This document shows, piece by piece, positions 1-11,025 of a DNA stretch of 64,000 bases. The stretch lies in NCBI RefSeq assembly GCF_964355755.1, contig NC_092676.1, forward strand, positions 29,096,871 through 29,160,870, in the 5' to 3' direction. This DNA is from Antedon mediterranea. Taxonomy: Eukaryota; Animalia; Echinodermata. The notes beneath the pieces were generated by a model. The model was given only the letters and a program-made list of their open reading frames with translations, was not told the DNA's origin and did not search any database. The number at the start of each line of letters is the position of its first letter. The stretch's first letter is position 1. The translations under genes and the position numbers were made by a program.

Positions 1-954
1 AAAATATAACTGCTCAAAAAACGACTAAAATATATTAAAATTATCTATAAAATTGGCCAAATCTCAGTTTTTGCATCTTCATAAATAAAACCTCCCTGAA
101 GCTGACAAGCTGAAACTTTGAATCTTGTTTAACAACCCTCTCAAATAGTTGGGAAAAAAATATAAATATGGTATGTCAATTAGTTACGAAGATATTGTGT
201 CTTAAACATCTTGAAAAGTGCAATTACAACTAAATAATTGTAATTTTTCAGTTTTCCTCACATACAAAATACTTATTTTTTAAATTTTAAATTTTGGATA
301 AGTGTTCACAATATACTGGACTACTCACAGAGAAAAGACAATTGCATTTGGACAAAGACTTTTAAAGATATTGGCCCATAAAAGTACCTCCAGACCTCAA
401 AAAGTGCCTTTTTTGCAGTAGTGGGGTACCTTTGAGAGGCCATTGCTCAAAAGTGTACAAGTATTTCATGGAGAACTTTTGATATAGTATGTGTAACATA
501 TTCATTTCACAATATCAACTTTCAAAATGTAGATCCAAGAGGTGGGAACGAAATCCATGTTCTAGGCATCTTTTGAGCTACTGCTTATGGCCTATAACTA
601 AAGAATACTGTAATTACTTTATAATAAACATAAAAATAAAGAGGAACACAAAAGATAATATGTTTATCAGGAAAAGTGAGGACAGCTCTTTCCTGCATTT
701 ATTTTAATCATGGAGGTTTCCTCCATGTTTTAACACAGTACAAAAATTAATATATGAAAATATAGGATATAGTAATACAGTACATAGCTTCTATTCTTAA
801 CATTCAAGTTCAATTTTAATCACTTATACCTTCACTATCTACTTTATAGAAATAATTTTCACAGTTTTTATTGAATTAAAATTTGTATTAAAAAAATACA
901 GAATTCCTCAATTAGCAAGCTGTTGTATACAATGTTGTAGACAGAGGGCAGTGT

Positions 955-3900
955 TCACTCAGCTGTTTGCTCATTTTCAATAAATATATCTTTAAGCGAA
1001 ATTGATTTAGCACCAATAATGTCGGTCTCCTCTCCGTCTTTCTTTAGTTTTGGTGGTTTTTTATTCCTAATTTTAGCCGGGGCTGACATGCAGAGAGAAT
1101 CTTTGTCAAAGTATAGAGGAACAACACCAAGATCTCCGTCAAATCTGTTTTTTGCAACCTAAATGAAAAAAGATTGTTAGTATATTTTGCATTTATGATT
1201 CTAATTAAAGAAACTTTCATTTTTATTTCATTTATTTATTTGACCAACAAACCATAAGATTAAATATACAGAGATGAATTAGTCAGGGACTGCTAAAGTA
1301 AATAAGATTACTGTAACTACAAGAGTCAACAGTTCCATGATCTTAACTAGAATAAATTTATAATGCAGCTGCCATTCAGGCACTGAATGTTTGTCAGTAT
1401 ACCATACGAGAGTCATGTGACACTTTCCAATTGTTTTTGTTTTTTTTATTTATCTGTTTTTGTATATCTCAGAGCAAACATAATGTCTATGTATATTTTA
1501 TATGCAAATGACAATAAATGGAAGTGATTTTTCACTGATGAATGAATGACTGAATATGCCGTGTAATACCTGAATGTACTTCTTGCCTCTCACAGACGTC
1601 AACCTTCTATCTTGAAGGATTAGAACGTTGTCTGCTTCTTGACTTGCCTTGGCACTACCAAATATGGAGGCAGTTTGCAGCTCATCCGAGTCTTTTTCCT
1701 GCAATTGATAAAAAATAAATTACCATGACTCCTACCAAGGTGATATTTAAGAGTCATATATAGTGTTTCAATTTAAAGTATTGCCTAACTAGAAACGGTA
1801 GGAATAGCACCATGGACGAGCGCTACTATAGAGATTACAAGGTCAGATCCCAAGGTCATTATATCATACGTTCACACTGGCACGTCAATTTCCACTTAAT
1901 CTAAATGTTCACATACTGTCGATGAGTAACAGTCGACTACGACCCATGTGTACGTGACCGTCGTGTGCACATTCACTCAATTTAAAAGTCCATGTTGAGA
2001 TATTGTATATCATACAGAGTGCCCTTATGAGGCCAGAATATAAATAGTTTCGAGCGTGGATATCTTAGAATTAGAGACACACCACATGTACTCTCGCTAT
2101 CAAAATGAATACTATTTCATGATTGTTACAATATCGTATGAGTATTTTGTAGACAATATATTACACACTGGGGTATTGTAATTTACATAATAAATAGTAT
2201 AATATCAAGGTGGAATGTTGCGTGGGAACGCCAGCACTGAATGTGAATGTATCATAATTTGTGATGAAAATCTTCATTTGAAAAAACACCATTCAAGTTT
2301 TTACCTTGCGTGGGTGAATAACCAAAGTCACATGACAATTATTCCGTGTTGCGAATGTGCGGAATGTTGCAATGATCGCATCGTACATAGCAAATCTGTC
2401 GCTGACAGTCTTGTCAGAAGAGCCAACCATAAACTGCAAATTGTCGATTATGACGTGTTCAATGTCGTGTACGTACACAGCGTGTGTCATTGCCTTTTAA
2501 AAAAAACATTACAATATTTTATATGTAATTATTGTGTAATGACATGTAAAGTAATGCTGTATGATATCTATGGGAGGCTACAGTTGCATTTATCATCCAA
2601 GTAGTTTATCTGTATTTAAAAGGTCTAAAGCTCTGTCCACACTATTAAACTTTATGTGAAAATGTGAAATGTGATGTACCCAAATCTGGAGATGATGATG
2701 TCATATCAGTACCATATTTGGGCATATAACGACCATATTTAGGCACATTACAATTTTTTTGTCAAACTAGTTTGATAGTGTACACAGAGCTTTAAGCTAT
2801 GGAAGTGCTTTTATGGGAGTAACACCAGTGCTGTTACACCATTCATGCATACTCCCCTCTACCTTTCAACCTGTTTACCTCAATGACAGCTTTCATGTTT
2901 TGTTGTCCATGGAAGTCTAAAAAGTAAAGCGGTAACAGTTCCATCTTATCAGCCCATTCATCAAACACAGCAATGTTCTGTTCCATATTTAACCTTAAAT
3001 CATAATTACCATCAATTATTCATACCAATATTTAAAGCTCTGTCTACACTATCAAACTTAATGGGACAAAAAAATGTGATGTCATATCACTAACATATTT
3101 AAGCATATCACTACCATATTTGGGCACATCTCACTTTTTTTGATAGTGTAGACGGAGCTTAAGAGTATTTTTATTCACAAAATCTGATATCAATATCTAA
3201 TAGTGGTGGTTCACAGTATTATCATGCATCACATTAACACTGATATTGGAGCTACTCTTGTAGTAACAAAGTTTGAAATAAATGATACGGTTACTTACTG
3301 GGAAAACTGGCGAATCATAGTTTTAGCAAGTCGTACATTCTTAATTTCAAAACTGCCCCATAGTGTGTTTACCTAGATAAATTAAATGATATACTTTTGA
3401 ATGTCATTGAGTATTACTGTACTCTGTAACCCAAGAAGAAGGAACAATTTATTATTGTAAAATACAGAATTTGATTATAATTGTATCATGTAATTGGTGT
3501 TTACACTGTTAGATGAAAATGAAATAAATATAATACACTTGACTATCTCAATATCTGATTCCTTTTATTATTCAATATAATGGAAATTACAATGTTCATA
3601 TCTTGGCTTGCCTAAAAAAAATAAGGAAAAAAGAAAAAGAGAAGAGAAAAGAGAAGAAAGTAAAAGAATAAAAGAAGAGAGAAAAGAACAACAACAAGAA
3701 ACATTAACAAGATGACTTACCCCTTGCATACACAAATCCAGGGAGTACTCACTGATGAATGTTGTCTTTCCACTTCCTGTTGGACCTGTGAACACGGTCA
3801 ACTCTCCTTTCCTGTGACCTTTTAATATGTTACACAGCTGTGGAAACCGCTGCCACTGTGAAATGCAAGTGTTCTTATTAAAGCATGTTATACCCCTTTC

Positions 3901-6900
3901 ACACCAAAACTCCGGAGTGTCTCCGGAGACACCCCGGGGTTTATGACCATTCAAAACGTCGAGAAACTCCGGAGATACTCCTTTCACACCAACGTAGCAA
4001 CTCCGGGGTTTATAAAATAAAATTGTAAATGTCGCCCTCTATTTTGTTTGTTTACATAGCGACGATCATTAGAATCATTTTAATTAATAATATGTTTAAT
4101 TTAATAATTACTTTCAAAAGTCTCAGAAGTAATATAATGTTTTATTGATACTACTTATTATTTTTTAACCTGCTATATATGTTGTACAAATATTTAAAGT
4201 ATTTTGAAATAAAACTAAAGCAATGAGTGATCGTGTGAGGATGACCTTTTGACCCGAAACACTCCGGAGTTTGATGTTGGTACCTTTCACACCAAAACAC
4301 CGGGGTGTCCCCGCAGTTCGCTCTCCGGAGAATGTTCAGCTGTTCAACCCCGCAGTTTTAAACTCCGGAGTTGCTTGATTTTACCTTTCACACCAAACAG
4401 CGGGACGTCAACTCCGGGGTGTCTCCGGAGTGTCTCCGGAGTTTTGCTTTTGGTGTGAAAGGGGTATTACACAGCTGTGGGAACCGCTGCCACTGTGAAG
4501 TGCAAGTGTTCTGCAGGGCTCGCAGAATCGCTTGCCCGACGTCCCGCGGCAACCAAATAAATACGTCGGGCAACTAAAATTTAACATATCATGTCCCGAC
4601 GGGCAACCTCTTAAAATCACCGAAAATGTCCACGATGTTTTACAGGGGTGGTGAAAAACTGTAACAATGAAAATAATAGTCGCGCACGAACGAATTCTCT
4701 TGACGTCGAGACCAGTGTAGTGTTTGTTAAGTAAATGTATGGATCGGAATTCGGTGGTATGGAACGTTATCTCCAGGAGCCAAAACATGTGTTTCTATGC
4801 AGTCGGGCGTATCAAGTCGTTGCGTATAGAGTTTCCAGGTCTGTCATATAGCACGCGGTCTCTTGCGGCATCCATTGATCGCGAAATAGGAAGCGTTGAA
4901 CTCTCGGCTTTTAACTTATTTGAAGTTATTATACCAGGGAGTTTCTAATTAACAACTCCCTAGTTATACTATAAACCAAATAAAATAGGGGCTAGTATGT
5001 TTTTGTTTTTCTCAATTATCGACATCATTTTACGGTGGTAATAAAATCTGAATCTACTACTTATAGTATTAATTATGTGGCCTACAGCCTGATAGTAGAT
5101 TAGGCCTATGTTTAATTACATTCATGTTATGTATTTTGTGTGTAATAAATAATTTGCTGAATTACTGTAATTATTGTTCAAATTAATGTACAGTTGTAAA
5201 TACAGTATATTATTAAATTATTATAATAGATACGTAATTTTAATTGTCTGTGCCAAATAGGCGGCGGCCGATGTTTTTAACACAGGCAAGTAGGCCTACC
5301 ATTTTTTTTACAAATATTACAGAATATAAATTTAATAGGCCTAATAATTTATTTAATAAATACATTGAATACTTAAATAGTTACAGTATATTTTTTATTA
5401 TCAACATTGAAAATAATACACTTCTTCGGGTATCGCCGAGAGTTGAACTTTCAAAAACTCCAACTTGGCGGAGCACGTGGTTTTCACCACAATTCGGCAC
5501 AGTTCCCTTGTGTTTTCAATCACCAACTTGTGCGAGCAGATGGTTGTTTTTATCCAACCTGTGCGAGCTTCTACTGTAACAACAAGTAAACTTCCACAAG
5601 CCCGCACTCTCCACACACCGTACCCATTAGACTTGCCCCAAGTCTGTATTATCTTTTTTTTTATTCATTTGTTTTTATTTCGACCGCGATTTTTGTCTGA
5701 AAATACAGACTTGTGAAACACGTATAGAAATCGATTTGCAGACCGCAAACATCCGATCAGAATGACGTAGTTTATCATACCGTATTTGGCTATATGGGGC
5801 GGGCGGTATGTAAATATGGATTTCGAATCAACCAATGAAAAAGATCGAGTACGTACAGTCTAGTGCTGAATGTACGATCGAGACTGTTGAAATATAAAAT
5901 CGTAATGCCAAGTTGTTTTGTTTATTAATTGTTTAGTCTTTGGCCTAGGCCTCTTTCGTAGGTCCTACTCAATTCGCACGTATGACCTGCCAAATAAAAC
6001 GCCAATAAAGTAGGCCTACATACCACCACCGGCGACACACAACAACAGGGCTACACCACCACCACACAGTCATAGGGACTGGCATATATTTTTCAATTTA
6101 TCTTTCTGCATTTGAATAGTGTTCAGTTTGAAAGAGTATGTAATCGTAAGCATTTTAAACTTTAAATCAACAAAATTGATTGAGTATTTCGAAAGTTATG
6201 AATAAAATAAGGTGTAAAAATTTGGCACCATCACTATCCTTTGTTTACATAGGAATCCCCACCCCGCGTTTGTGACCTTGTACACAAATAGTCACTGGGT
6301 GAAAATACTACTAAAACACATATAAATACATTTTATGAACATATTTTTAATTAGAAAGTTGATGGTGACAAATATATATTTGCATAATACCACATTTTGT
6401 TTGGAAATTGTGTCAAAATCACAAAAATAAGATAGAAAGTACTTATTTTATGTTTACCCTCTCCCCGGACTGCGCGAATGTCCCGGAGGAATACCCCCAC
6501 CTCAGCCAGGCTGTGTGATGACGTCATCAGGCACTTCGCGGCCTAGAATTGCTTACTCACCTAGCATCAGGTGATTAAAAACCTTTTGTGATCCAATATA
6601 GGTGATATTTATGTAAAACCAAAGGCGTACACTGTTAAAATATAAATATATCTAAAATATATAAGCAAAATCCCAAAATATTAGGCATGTTTTCGATTTT
6701 TTCTGATTTTACTAACATTTCGAGCCCAAAATAAAATGTCATCGCGAAGACATGTGGGCAAAGGAATTTCAAATTTTTCATCGGAATTTTCCGGAAAAGA
6801 TCGTACAGTCATTCGTTTTTTCTGAATAGCCAATCAGAGTTCGTAAATTCATGCGCAAGTTGACCCCTTTTTAACAGGTTAAGGGTCACACTTGTCTATT

Positions 6901-9900
6901 CCCTAAAGATGTCTGCTGCCCTCTAGCGGTTTTGCTAGTAGCCACAGAACAGGACATGGTCTGGGTGGGAATTAAATCAAAATTATCTCCGCGTAATAAA
7001 TGATCCATTCAATGTTTGATTTGCGGAGAAGCTAGCCTATCATATCACGAGTTTTCATGTTCTTGGGAAAAATCCCATCAAATGTTTACCAGACTACTAG
7101 GCCTAGGCATATAAAATAATGTCTAGCCTTCAGAAACTTTTATAAATGTACCCAAGAAGTACACGTTGTCTAAACGTAACATAGCGCATGCGCACCATCT
7201 TAGTTGTTGAGTCTTTGAAATTCTGAAATATGAATATTAAAACGGTGTACGAGTGAGTAGCCAATCGCATGCAGCTGAAACTGGTCAACCGGATAATCGT
7301 ATGCACCAAGAATTCTTGGTGTCAAACCACGTGACTTGTGCGTGTTTCCCCAGACGGAGTATCCAAAATCAAGTAGTATACGTATGAAACGCCATATGTG
7401 CCAAAATATTTATCTTTTTACTAATATTAAGACAAAACTCCGTCTGGAGCCCAGACTACGTACCCATGTGCTCCTACTACGTACGGCAGCTGCTGTGAGG
7501 TTTTTTGCTATACGCATGCGTATTGTTTCACGTCACGTAGACGGACGTCAGTTGATGTTTTTTTTTTTTTTCTTCTCTATGATTTCAACGCGTTACAAGC
7601 TCATCACCTTCATAAGTACTTTGTTTAAACTTTTTAGGCCTAGGAGGCCTACATTTCTATAGGCAATATTTTAGATATATCTATTAAATAATTGTAAGAT
7701 AATTAGTGCCATGTCTAGGCCACTACATTTTAAATATCGCAAAATAGCTTGATTTCGGAATTTCATTGCACAATAGAAGCAAAACGTTTTTGCTCCCAAA
7801 GTAAACCCACGTGAATACGCCTTTTTCATTCACGAAACGGAACACATCTTCGATCGATGACAAACAATGCCGTGCAACGAAGCGTAACCAACAGAAATAA
7901 CATAGCGTTTTCAAGGGATTTCAGGACACCATGTTAATTAAACAATCGCAACTCTTGTACGGAGGATCGTATGAGAAAATAAATTACTGTAAAATGTTCT
8001 TAAAAGATTGGCCTACATCACTGTGTAATTGAAAAAATTTGAAAAATTGTTTACACTACTTTAAAATCCATCGAAAAAAACACCACAGTGTATTAAGCAT
8101 AGGCGTTTTTCACCGACGTTTTTTCGCGGTGCAGTCGCGGTATAAAACGTTAAAATTAAGTTAAAATAGTGGGCAAGTAAAAAAATGATGAGGGCAACCA
8201 AAATCTAAAACCTACTTGCCCGAAGGGCAACCAAATATTTTAGGATTCTGCGAGCCCTGGTTCTTATTTTAACATGTTACACAGCTGTGGGAACCGCTGC
8301 CACTGTGAAGTGTAAGTGTTCTTATTTTAGCATGTTACACAGCTGTGGGAACCGCTGCCACTGTAAAGTGTAAGTGTTCTTATTTTAACATGTTACACAG
8401 CTGTGGGAACCGCTGCCACTGTGAAGTGCAAGTGTTCTTGTTTTAACATGTTACACAGCTGTGGGAACCGCTGCCACTGTGAAGTGCAAGTGTTCTTATT
8501 TTAGCATGTTACACAGCTGTGGGAACCGCTGCCACTGTGAAGTGCAAGTGTTCTTATTTTAGCATGTTACACAGCTGTGGGAACCGCTGCCACTGTGAAG
8601 TGCAAGTGTTCTTGTTTTAACATGTTACACAGCTGTGGGAACCGCTGCCACTGTGAAGTGTAAGTGTTCTAATTAAAGCATGTTACACACAGTACGGATT
8701 CCAGTTCTGTGGCCGGATAAAATATCGTTAGAAATGGGTGTAGTGTTTAAAATAGAACCTTTTATTTACACCAATGCATTCAAGATTCTGTATAACATGT
8801 GTGTGTGTGTGTGTGTGAGTGAAAATGTATACATGTTCAGGGCCTACTAACCTTAACACCAGCCACTTGGTCAGTATCTGTGAGTTCTCTGAACACTTCT
8901 TGTCGTAGGTTTTGAAATGATAAAATTGACCTATGGGCAACAGGTTGAGCCCTCTTGAGAATTTTCATCAAATCCATATTCATGTTCAGGGCCTGAAGAG
9001 GTGCTGGGAGGTCATCAAGTGGTCTAATAATAAAATAATATTAATGTTCAGGGCCTGAAAGGGATGCTGGGAGGTCATCAATAAAATAATATTCATGTTC
9101 AGGGCCTACACATGTGCTGAAAGTGGTCTAAATAATAAAAGAATATTCATGTTCAGGGCCTGAAGAGGTCTTGGGAGGTCATCAAGTGATGATGATGACC
9201 TTCTAATTAAAGACTATCATACATATCCCTCTTGGTAATTCCAATCATTTACACTTTTGGCAGTTGAACAACAGATTTTAACTAAATCATAACATCACAT
9301 ACCTGAGGAGATGACATCTTTTAGAGTTCAATTTTTTAGAAAATTTTCTAGCTGTTTCCCAAGATCGCACATCATTTCCAAACCAAAGAGTGATCTTCTT
9401 AAAATGTTCAAGCATTGGTAAAATCTACAAAATAGAATTTTGTTTCAACCTTATTCAGTGCCTTCGTGGCTTTATTGCAGTAATTGTATAGAAGTATACC
9501 TCTTGCTATTTAAGTATTCTGGCACGCTACTTTACCTCTTGTGGCAGAGTCATGAGACCTCTTGGAAGAGACAGAACTGGCGTCTGGAGCTTCTGATGGA
9601 CTGCCACTGCATCAAACTCGTTCAATGTCAGTATAACCTCTTCTGAATCTGGTGCCAATAGTTGGTAGCCAAAGAGACCTTCTGGATTCAACCTTAGGGA
9701 ACAGAATTAAAATTAGTTAATTTTGGGGAGTGATAAATTGGTATGCGTTGTTGACGCCAATATAGAATGACATTGAGAAAGTCTTAAAATTCTTCATCAT
9801 CTTGTATATACTTGCCTTGGATAGGAAAAGGTGTCTAACTGAAGGTGCTTATTTCGATGAACTTTGGCCATCGCCAGATGTTTTACAGCACTTATGTCCA

Positions 9901-11025
9901 TATTATGATTGTGAAGAGGTAAAATAAGAGTTTTATCATCTTTACAAACACATACATTTAATTTATCAAGAGCAGCATCAGTCAGTACCTGAAAAACATT
10001 AAACATCAAACTGTTCTAAAGCTCTGTCTACACTTTCAAACTTTTACAAAAAAAAAGAGTTTGATGTTCCCAAATATGGTAGTGATATGCCTAAATATGA
10101 TAGTGATATGCTCAAATATGATAGTGATATGCTCAAATATGGTAGTGATATGATATCATGTCAATATATGGGCACATCATATTTGTATCACATATATTTG
10201 TGATGTATGTTGCGCCATAAGCAGCAAAAATGATGTGGTATCTGTTCCAATACAACTTTACTTTCACCCTCCTAAGAAGTGCACCTCATGTATAAATGTT
10301 TTAAACAGGAACATTGTTCAAACACATTAATGTACCTCAATCTGAAATAGTTTCTTTAATGTCACTTTTTTTCTACCAGTACAATCACTAAATTTGTTGG
10401 ATTCCGTCAACTTAACGATTCCTTCATCCAATTCTTCTTTACGTTTCTCTGCATCCTCATCTTCTTCCGCATCCAGCAACAGCTCTCTTCGTTTCTGGAG
10501 GCTGATCCGATCTTGTAACCGATTCCAAGAACCGCACAACTTCTGACATTGGCAGCTATGGTAACCTGGAATAGAAATTAGCCATTGCTAATAAAGGCTG
10601 TGTTGATTACTTAATGAAATGATTTGAACAACTTTGACCTCTAATCAACAGTAGATGAGTAAAGAGTAATGTTTTATACACATACCTGAGGTCTTATTCA
10701 CAAACAGGCTTTTCTCTGGTTCTTCACAGAAAGGGCATTTTGTTTTAAAGCATGTGAATCCGTTGGTAACATCCCAACCATGTGCGTGTAAGCATTCTCT
10801 CATCTCCGTCGGCGTCGGAACGTGCACATCTTGAACGGATTGGATCTTGAGAAAGCGTTTCATCAACTTAATACTTGTATGAAAATTTCTAGATGCATTA
10901 TTACTTTTTTGATTAGTAACATGTTTTAAAGATTGTTTTTTTACAATGACGTATGCCTTTGCACTGTTAACCTGTATATCAGTAGACCATGTCAGTTGGA
11001 AATGCTTTCTTGACAATCGTTGCAT
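955..11025 (-). CDS. TWNK: Twinkle mitochondrial DNA helicase (T7 gp4-like SF4), multi-exon
   Basis: Exons on - strand splice in frame: 11025-10686, 10565-10336, 9988-9816, 9692-9536, 9424-9303, 9023-8852, 3855-3721, 3372-3299, 2993-2879, 2493-2305, 1698-1570, 1158-955 (TGA). Motifs: [32 protein letters not shown] (Walker A), HVIIDNLQF (Walker B), [36 protein letters not shown]. Start uncertain: ATG 11025, or an upstream ATG|GT at 11802-11800 spliced in frame to 11043. Confidence 0.95.
2629..2791. mobile_element. MITE family A (TIR AGCTCTGTCTACACTATCAAAC, flanked by TAA/TTA; PIF/Harbinger-Tourist-like), representative copy
   Basis: Terminal inverted repeats with an internal palindromic GATGTGCCCAAATATGGTAGTGATA motif. 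Further full or partial copies near 3036-3159, 10020-10200, 31960-32885, 37530-37695, 39100-39227, 40763-40905, 41873-42016, 46170-46220, 52138-52235, 59557-59709, 59883-60004, 60233-60369 and 63563-63686. Confidence 0.85.
3891..4466. mobile_element. 576-bp non-autonomous DNA transposon, PIF/Harbinger-like
   Basis: 19-bp TIR TACCCCTTTCACACCAAAA / TTTTGGTGTGAAAGGGGTA, subterminal CTCCGGAG repeats, and a perfect TTA target duplication (3888-3890 and 4467-4469) that interrupts a 58-bp repeat unit. Confidence 0.9.
4514..8259. mobile_element. ~3.7-kb non-autonomous TIR element, hAT-like ends
   Basis: Perfect 16-bp TIR CAGGGCTCGCAGAATC / GATTCTGCGAGCCCTG and subterminal GGGCAAC/TTGCCC motifs at both ends. 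The target duplication is imperfect (GTTCT on both flanks). No transposase ORF is visible. Confidence 0.75.
8260..8690. repeat. 58-bp tandem minisatellite (7 full units) copying a TWNK intron/exon junction
   Basis: Units CATGTTACACAGCTGTGGGAACCGCTGCCACTGTGAAGTGYAAGTGTTCTTRTTTTAR start at 8273, 8331, 8389, 8447, 8505, 8563 and 8621. The same sequence occurs at 4467-4512 and at the true exon start (3826-3890). Confidence 0.95.

Noticed and set aside
1-594. Possible DNA transposon end (…CTGCTTATGGCCTA)
   Set aside because: The partner terminus would lie outside the window, so it cannot be verified.
3568-3987. 139-aa ORF as a standalone helicase gene; also ORF 4388-4573
   Set aside because: Only 3855-3721 is exon; the rest is MITE and intron sequence. 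4388-4573 is a decoy repeat unit plus TE ends.
4514-8259. Transposase or captured gene within the 3.7-kb element
   Set aside because: Only short ORFs are present, with no BED finger, DDE or dimerisation motif recognisable by eye; a translated homology search would be needed to exclude decayed remnants.
8260-8690. 58-bp array as CRISPR or as functional tandem exons
   Set aside because: There are no spacers, the unit length is not a multiple of 3, and each copy runs into a stop.
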